Shown: piece by piece, positions 37,215-44,261 of the stretch | Numbering within the stretch: the first letter of the stretch is position 1 | Layout of the letters: each line of letters opens with the position of its first letter | Origin: Seison nebaliae | Taxonomy: Eukaryota | DNA length: 44,261 nt | Assembly: GCA_023231475.1 (NCBI GenBank) | Contig: JALJEE010002208.1 | Coordinates: 62,001 to 106,261, forward strand | Reading direction: 5' to 3' | Notes under the pieces: generated by a model | Seen by the model: the letters and a program-made list of their open reading frames with translations, nothing else | Database searches by the model: none | What the model was told of the DNA's origin: nothing | Translations under genes and position numbers: made by a program

Positions 37215-38890
37215 TTAATATTGGGGAAGTGACGGATAATTTCGTCCGTTTGATGAATTTCCAGAAATGAGAAGATTTTTCAATCTACCAAATTCCTGTT
37301 GTAATGTCTTCAATTCGACTTTTAATCTCAAGTTCTCTTGTTCCAAAATAGCAGCACGTAAGGCGATCTCATCTTCTTTCATTCTACGAGCATCTCTTGA
37401 TCTTTTAGCAGCTTCATTATTCTTCCGTCGTCTCTCCCAATACAATTCATCTTTCTTCAAATCATTCTTCGACTTATCCAAGGACGAAGACGAAGTAGAT
37501 GAAGATGAATCACAAGTCTTTCGATTACTATATCGTTTATATGACGAGACTTTATTTGTAATCGAATTCTTTATTTTCGAATTCTCTTTCAAACTCTCAT
37601 CCTCGGACGACTCTAATTTCTTCTTCATATTTCCAACTAAAAGAAAATATTAATATTAAAATTTTAAATAATAAAGAAAAATGAACTTGTTTGAGATAAT
37701 AATAAACCTTTCAACTGATTATTGACATCAGAAGAAACGTCGATGTTCAACTTATCATCATTCGTTTGACTTCTTTGATCGAGTAACAATCCAGTTTGCT
37801 TCAAATTATAAAGTGAGGAAGAACTCTCGTCTGACGAGGTTCCCAGATGTTGAGAATCATGATGATGGTTCATAGTGATGTCATCGAATTTGTAAGTTTC
37901 AGGTTCATTTTTAGGTTTCTTCTTCGTTGGACTAATTTCATTCAAACAATTATTATTGAAATCGATATCGTTCTGATGATATTGATTATCATTCGTTGCA
38001 TTAATAATTTGTTGAGATAATAAATTGGAGGTGGTGGGAATGGATTTATTCATTTCATTATTCTCTCCAACTTGATTATTTCGATCATATAAATTATCTA
38101 ATGATAAATTGAGATGTTGTTTGGGATAAGCTTTGAATGGACGAATTCGTTTTCCGTTTTTATTCGTCGATGTTAAAAGATAAGTTGGTAAATCGATTTT
38201 TTTCTTTTTTTCCAAATTAGTTGGTGATGGAATATTTGTTTGAGAGTTTTGTGTGGCTTCCTTTTGAGCTTGTTTCAATCGTTCTAATAAATTTGGTCGA
38301 TTCATCAATTTCTTTTTTAAATAATCACTTCCTACTAAATTGTTAGTTTGGGCAGGTGTGGTAGAAGGATCGATATCGAACGTCATGTTAGGTAACGAGG
38401 ATGTTTGTGGTTGGGATAACTCGTTGGACATTTCTTTTTGAGTGTTCGCTAAAATCTCGTTGGTAATCAATGATTGATCGGTTGACATGATGGAATCACT
38501 CATGGAATTTGGTTGAGGTTGAGATGAGCTTCTTAATAATAATGTTTCTCTGATCTTTTTTTTCAATTCATTCAATTTCTTTTCATTCTCTAATTGTAAT
38601 TGAATTCGACTATTACCGTTCATATCATTCTCAATTAATGAGTCTTGATGATAATAATTAAATTTGGGCTCCTCTTTAATTTTCCGATAATTATATTCAT
38701 CTTCACTCGTCGCCTCATTATCAGCTTCGTGAGATGACGAACCGGAACAATTGGACTTGAGACTCGTCGAATTATCTGGCGATGTTTTCGATTCATCTTC
38801 ATTCAATTCCTTCCTCTTCTTCTTGAGAACTTCTGCCATTATTCTCGCGGCATTTAACAACATTTGAGACTTTTCTAAATCTTCTTCCAT
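37215..38890 (-). CDS. PAR-type bZIP transcription factor, giant/CES-2-like
   Basis: [41 protein letters not shown] bZIP, plus an upstream RPFKAYP motif characteristic of giant-family proteins; intron 37637-37686. Confidence 0.88.
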
Positions 38891-40847
38891 TCGGAATGTT
38901 TTATGGAAACTTTCTATTAAATTAATTAGAAAATAATATTAATTCAAATATAAATTATCTCTTCGAAAAAAAATTTCCTGAAGTAATTTCGGAAGGAAAG
39001 ATATTTTTGGTTGAGATTAAGGAAATATTTTCATGAAAAATCTTACTAATGGAAAATGAAAAATGGACGAATGAAGTAAAAAAAAACACAAAAGAAATAT
39101 GGTAGGGAAATCGGAGGAGAGTTTTCGTATATAGAGAATGACTTGGTAACATTGATTACAAGGTAGACGCAATCCTTTTATTATTTACGTGACAAAAGGA
39201 GAAATCTTCATACATTCATACGAAATACATTCATTCGATGGTCATAATCATAAATATCAAACCACATTGAAGTATAGATAGCTAGTTCGTTTATTCTCCA
39301 TCTTAATTATCACAATATGCTTCTCTTTTTCCTCTCTCGCCAACATCAATATCGAATGGACATTGTCCATTCTTTTTTTATTATTCGTTAACATCCAACT
39401 CCTTCCAAACCTAATAATATCGACTCACATAGAGGAGAGATATAATATAAGAAATGATCAATATTAAATTTCCATAAAACCTTAGCGCGGTAAATGTGTG
39501 TGTTGTCTATAATGGAATTGAATGGATAGAAAGAGTAGAAAGTGTGGTTTATAATCAAAAGGAAATGAGAATTGTGAAGGTTCATACATTCCTTTTTTCC
39601 TTCACCATCATCATGATAATGATGGCCGTCATCTAATATATGTGAACAAATATAATAGAAGTGGTAATGCGGACATTACTCATTTCCACCCTCTCCCTTA
39701 ACCACCACATGAATCGACATGTCTATAGTAAATAAAAATCGATCGCATCTAATATTAATGGAAATTAAATAGGCAATATTTCTTATTATTCTGATCATAA
39801 GTCTCATCGTCGTATCGGGTAAATATTCCCTTCACCACTTAAACCCATTGGAATGGGAGATGATATTTCCTTCTTATCTTTCCCTTTCTGTTGTCCAATG
39901 TTAAAACCCTGGGTCCATTTCTCCCCTTAGCGATATGTCAAATTATGTGAAAATCTCTTTCTTCCTTTTTCGACAGAAGGATGTAGTTTATTTGTCGACA
40001 TTTCGTCTCTTTTCGTCTAACAAATAATTGAATAAAAAGAATGCTGTCGTAATGTGTTCGTTGAAGTTGCGGTCATTTATACATATATTACTCCATTGTC
40101 CATTTTAATTTCTATTTAAATAACTCAATGAATGTTAAACTAATATTACTACTCTGACCAACATCATCTACATATGTCTGTAGTAAATGTGCGATTTATT
40201 TTACATTCATTTCACTCATTTCATTCATCATTTGTGCGAGTTATTCACATTCATCTCCTACAATTTTTTAAGTTAATCAAAATGAATAATTCTTATCAAT
40301 TCATGGATATTCTCCCACAACCTTCTTTGTTCATAGAGAACGAGAAGGAAACTTATCAAAATGACGAAACTGTATATTTTCATTTCCTTCTTCATTTTTC
40401 CACGGAAAACACATCGAACATCTCCACTTCAAACTGGACGAACCACAAAATGATTTCTTTTAAAATTATCGATTATTCAAACACAAAAATCACTGTTCAC
40501 TCCTCAAACGAAAATTTTTTGCGATTTAAATGATTGAGGAAATAATAAATAAAAATTAAATAAAATTTCTATAATTTCAACTATTGGAATTAATTTGTTA
40601 GTTACAAATTGTTAAGAAGGTAATTTTAACAATTGTAACATTATGAGTAACTTTAAATTTAATTCTATTAATTGTGTTTGTATTATTTAACTTAAAACTT
40701 TAGAAAAATAAGTGAAAAAATATCGTTAGATAAATTTAAATAAGAAACAAATTTCTTTTTCTCCAAAAAAATTCAAAAATCGTTAATATGAGTTTGTATA
40801 AGTTATTAAAAAAGGTACTATTTATTACGAAAATATAAAAAAAAAGG

Positions 40848-42587
40848 TTAAGAAATCGGGAAATTTTCTAATTTATCTGTCGAATTATAAGAGAGACTGA
40901 GAAGAATATCAGATAAATAAGTCGTTATATCAATCGCGTCATGAAATTCTTCAGTTAGTTCCGATTTGAATTCATCAATCTTCTTCTCTTCTGTTACTTG
41001 ATCGTTCTCATTAAAATGAACTTCTTCATCTTTCAACACATTTAATTGTTGTTTAAGTTCTGTCATTTTACGCGTCAATCTCTCATGTTCCTTCTCGTCG
41101 ATTGTGGGGAATTTGTACAGATACATTTCCAATTCTCTTAATTGTAATTGAGTGGAGAACATGGCATGACGTTTTCGTAATGCTTTCTCCGCCATTATAT
41201 CCGTTTCCCCAAATTGTTCAATCCGTCGACAATTGATACATTTGAAATTTTTAATAAATTTTCGTTGCCATAGTAACTGAACATTATTTATCTTCTTCTG
41301 AATATCCTTCCCAAATCCCGATGTTTTATTTTTCAATTCTTTCCCAAATGCTTCCACTAACGAATTTGAACTTCCACATTTTACACAGACAATTCTTTCC
41401 GGTATCGGTTCCACAACCCAATCATTCACTATTTCATCTCTCATCTCATATTTCTCCAATAAATGCTGAGTCTCTAAGAAGTTCTTCTTCTCCTCTTCTG
41501 TCTCACAATATTGTAGAAGAATATTATCTGATTCCATCTCATTCTCCTCCTCCTTCTCCTCTTTAATTTCTATCTGATCTTTTTCCATATCCGTTTTAAT
41601 TTTTTTGTCGTCCATCGTTTGATGAGTAACATCATTTATTATATTGGTTTGTCCTTCGTTTTTTTTTGTTTTTTCTTCTATCCGTGGAAGAATTGGAGGA
41701 GACAAAATTTTCGTTTTATTCGATAAATCGATTGATGATAAATTTGATGGTAATTCACTAGAAATATCATTGACATTTTCATCTTGTTCTGCAATTTCCA
41801 CATTCTTTCTCGTTGAATACTTCGTTCGTTTTCCGGAATCTTTACAGTAATTATCAGTTTTTGGAAGTGAGAAAATTTGAATAAAAAATAAAACTTTCCG
41901 TCGAATGACGAGAAACACTTCTCGATCGATTTTTCGAAGATTTTGAGGAACTTTTTAATTTTCTTTTATTTGATGGTTTGGATAATCCAATTCTTAATCG
42001 TTCACTATTTATTGGAATATATTCGTCCCATTCATTCGGCCATCCATCATAATGTAACTATCAAATAATTTGTTTTTTTAATTAAAAAAAAATTTTACCT
42101 TACAAATTGTTTGATTTTCATTAATTGCCACGATTGACGCAGGATACCAATCTCTCATATTCGGATCATAAACTTGTAGTCTTTTATGGATGTCAGGAAT
42201 TGTAGAGTCATTTTCATTATCATCTATCTCGACACGAACATATTGCAATGATTCCTGAATGATGGTTTCCGAAATTTGAGAAATATCAAAAAAATTTTCA
42301 CTTTCTTCATAACTCTTTTTCAAACAACATAAATTTATTCAAAAACTGAAAAATAAAAAAACTTTAAGAATTTTTAGTTTTTTTAATGTTTGTTCTATCC
42401 ATTTTAAGATGGCTCGTCTCCCAACAATTGTGGCCTGAAATCGTTGTGGAATTTGCAACGGAGCCAACCAATTCCAAATATTTCGGAAATTCAAAAGAAG
42501 AATCGGTTCGGGAACATCTTGTTTCTCTACCAATAATTTCTCAAGATCTTTATTCAAATCGCTTAATCGAAATTTAGCACGAACCAT
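40848..42587 (-). CDS. Tudor-knot/chromo-barrel domain protein with CxxC...CxxC motif and coiled coil
   Basis: Spliced RLQVYDPNMRDWYPASIVAINENQTICKLHYDGWPNEWDEYIPINSERLR is a Tudor-knot signature; later CVKC...FKCINC. Three introns, one with a GTA donor (42058-42098). Confidence 0.75.
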
Positions 42588-42754
42588 TTCGAAGGTTTCA
42601 TAAAAATAATGAATAAATCATTTTTTGTAATTTTTAAGATGTCAGCTCAAATTTTCAATTTTTTTCTTCCAACTCTCTTCCCCGAGAAAAATGTAAGGAA
42701 TAAGAGAAGCTTGGAACGTAGACATTAAAAACTATTTTTCTTATTTTATCGTTT

Positions 42755-43333
42755 TTATTGTTTAGATTTTTTAAAAAAATTTAAAGTATTCGCTAGCCGT
42801 GTTCGTGATGCTGATAACATACTTGGCAATGAAGGCCCGACTCTCGTCAATCGAATTTCATCGTTTGAACGCACCTTGCGAATGGCTGCTGGATCGTATC
42901 TTAAAACAGGATTTTGTCCAGGATGATGCATATCATCAGGAATGAGAGGATAATACACGATTTTTTCCGTTTTCGTTACCATCATCTTGGAGTTCGCCTT
43001 TTCTAGATTTATATCATCTTCCAATATGGTGTGTACGTAAGTAGATCGACGATTAATATCTCTTGCGTCCAATCCACTATTTTCAACCTGTGGATTAAGC
43101 GTCATCTCGCTGGCATCATTGTAAGTAGTATGGGACGACTCTAAATCTTCTAAAATTTCTCCTAACACTTGATCGGTTAATGGATTGTTCTTGCCTCTCC
43201 TTTGGAAGTAATATAGAAATAAATAGACGTACACTATGAAATAGCTAGCGAGAAATATAATGAAATATTCTTCTAGACAAATATTGTACATGTTCATCAT
43301 ATATCCTATAAAATTTATATAAAATGTTGTCAT
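42755..43333 (-). CDS. Hypothetical single-pass membrane protein
   Basis: 192 aa ORF with one hydrophobic segment (YFIIFLASYFIVYVYLFLYYF) followed by QRR and a polar tail. No family recognised. Confidence 0.55.
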   Translation of the reverse strand: MTTFYINFIGYMMNMYNICLEEYFIIFLASYFIVYVYLFLYYFQRRGKNNPLTDQVLGEILEDLESSHTTYNDASEMTLNPQVENSGLDARDINRRSTYVHTILEDDINLEKANSKMMVTKTEKIVYYPLIPDDMHHPGQNPVLRYDPAAIRKVRSNDEIRLTRVGPSLPSMLSASRTRLANTLNFFKKSKQ

Positions 43334-44261
43334 AATTTTCGTGGAAAAGTGAAACCTAAAGTCATAATTTCAGTCAATTCGATCTAATGGAGATTAATTA
43401 TAATTTTATTTAAGATATTTTTAAAACTTGAAATTAAGTCATTAAACTGTTGGATAATTATGAAAATTAATGTCTTTTTAGAAAAAAACCATTTTACTTT
43501 CCATTTCAATAAATTTTTTTAGGCTATTTTTCACTATTGAAATATAAATTAATGAAAGTTATTAAGTTTTTTCGAATACTTTTCCCGAATTTTGGACCTT
43601 ATAAAATTAAGCAAACAACTCAAAAAATAAAGATATTTTCCATTTCCTTCTAACACGAAAATAATTAACTCATTTTCATTAAAATAAAGAGAAATTTAAT
43701 TCATTTGGAAAATCATTTTGACCAAAAATAAAAACACAAACTTATTTCCATTGGACTGATAAATTCGCATTTTTACCTTTTCCTTCCGAGAAATATTCTA
43801 AATTTAATGAACATAGATCGACTTCGAAATTCGAAGAGCATTCATCATAATATCACCCAAACTTTATGTGTAAATTAAGGTGAAATGTGAATGTGAATCG
43901 TTAGAAGAATTGAATAGGAATTAATGGAAATTCATTAATTAAATTATCTTACTCACAAGATAATATTTGTCGGATAATTTGACTTCATCCAAAAAGAGAT
44001 GTAGGCGATTTAGTAGAACTTTGGCAATGGAACGATTAATGGCAGAAGATAATCATATGAAGACTTTAGCATTAACTTTGGCGACTTCGATGATAGAAAG
44101 CGATGAAACTCTAATAACAGACGATTGAATTTCATATTTATATTCTGAATTCATTATTTTCTTCCATAAAAGAATTTCATTAATTAAGTCTTTCTAGATT
44201 TATTATTAATAATCGTAGAATAAAGTTAAGTTATTTTATAAATTGGATTAATTTACTGAAA

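Noticed and set aside
42000..42020. Suspected frameshift in the Tudor-knot exon
   Set aside because: Recounting bases gives an intact YIPINSERLR.
43740..44160. Coding-like fragments on both strands near the window end, including a GTGAGT motif on minus
   Set aside because: I could not build a stop-free gene model, so it is neither annotated nor counted among the introns.
1..44261. Alternative genetic code or stop readthrough explaining the fragmented ORFs
   Set aside because: Fragments join cleanly by short GT-AG introns. TAA, TAG and TGA all end genes, and TGA falls at the homologous C-terminus of CCZ1 (IFFLE*).
1..44261. Prokaryotic systems (CRISPR array, operons, defence islands)
   Set aside because: The sequence is intron-containing eukaryotic DNA and no repeat-spacer array is visible.

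Overview
AT-rich, gene-dense eukaryotic nuclear DNA from a compact animal genome; the antistasin-type protein, giant/CES-2-type bZIP, C16orf89-like and C8orf34-like genes point to a metazoan, and I cannot name the species. The standard genetic code applies. Manual splicing gives about 19 protein genes with short introns (mostly 41-67 nt): ENT/SLC29 (partial), RRP5, C16orf89-like, MTCH-like carrier, CCZ1, an antistasin-domain protein, a divergent novel-type PKC, C8orf34-like, UBA2, a WD40 protein, a PAR-bZIP, a Tudor-knot protein and several secreted orphans. There are also two tRNA-Leu genes and a Tc3-like transposase remnant. The main signal is the splicing code: about 56 of about 57 introns I reconstructed begin with GTT rather than the usual GTRAG, +4 to +6 are not conserved, and many acceptors are AAG without a pyrimidine tract. 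This suggests a rewired 5' splice-site recognition system. The second highlight is a PKC with Glu where the pseudosubstrate Ala is expected, matching the classic activating mutation. All gene models and counts are manual and need RNA-seq confirmation.
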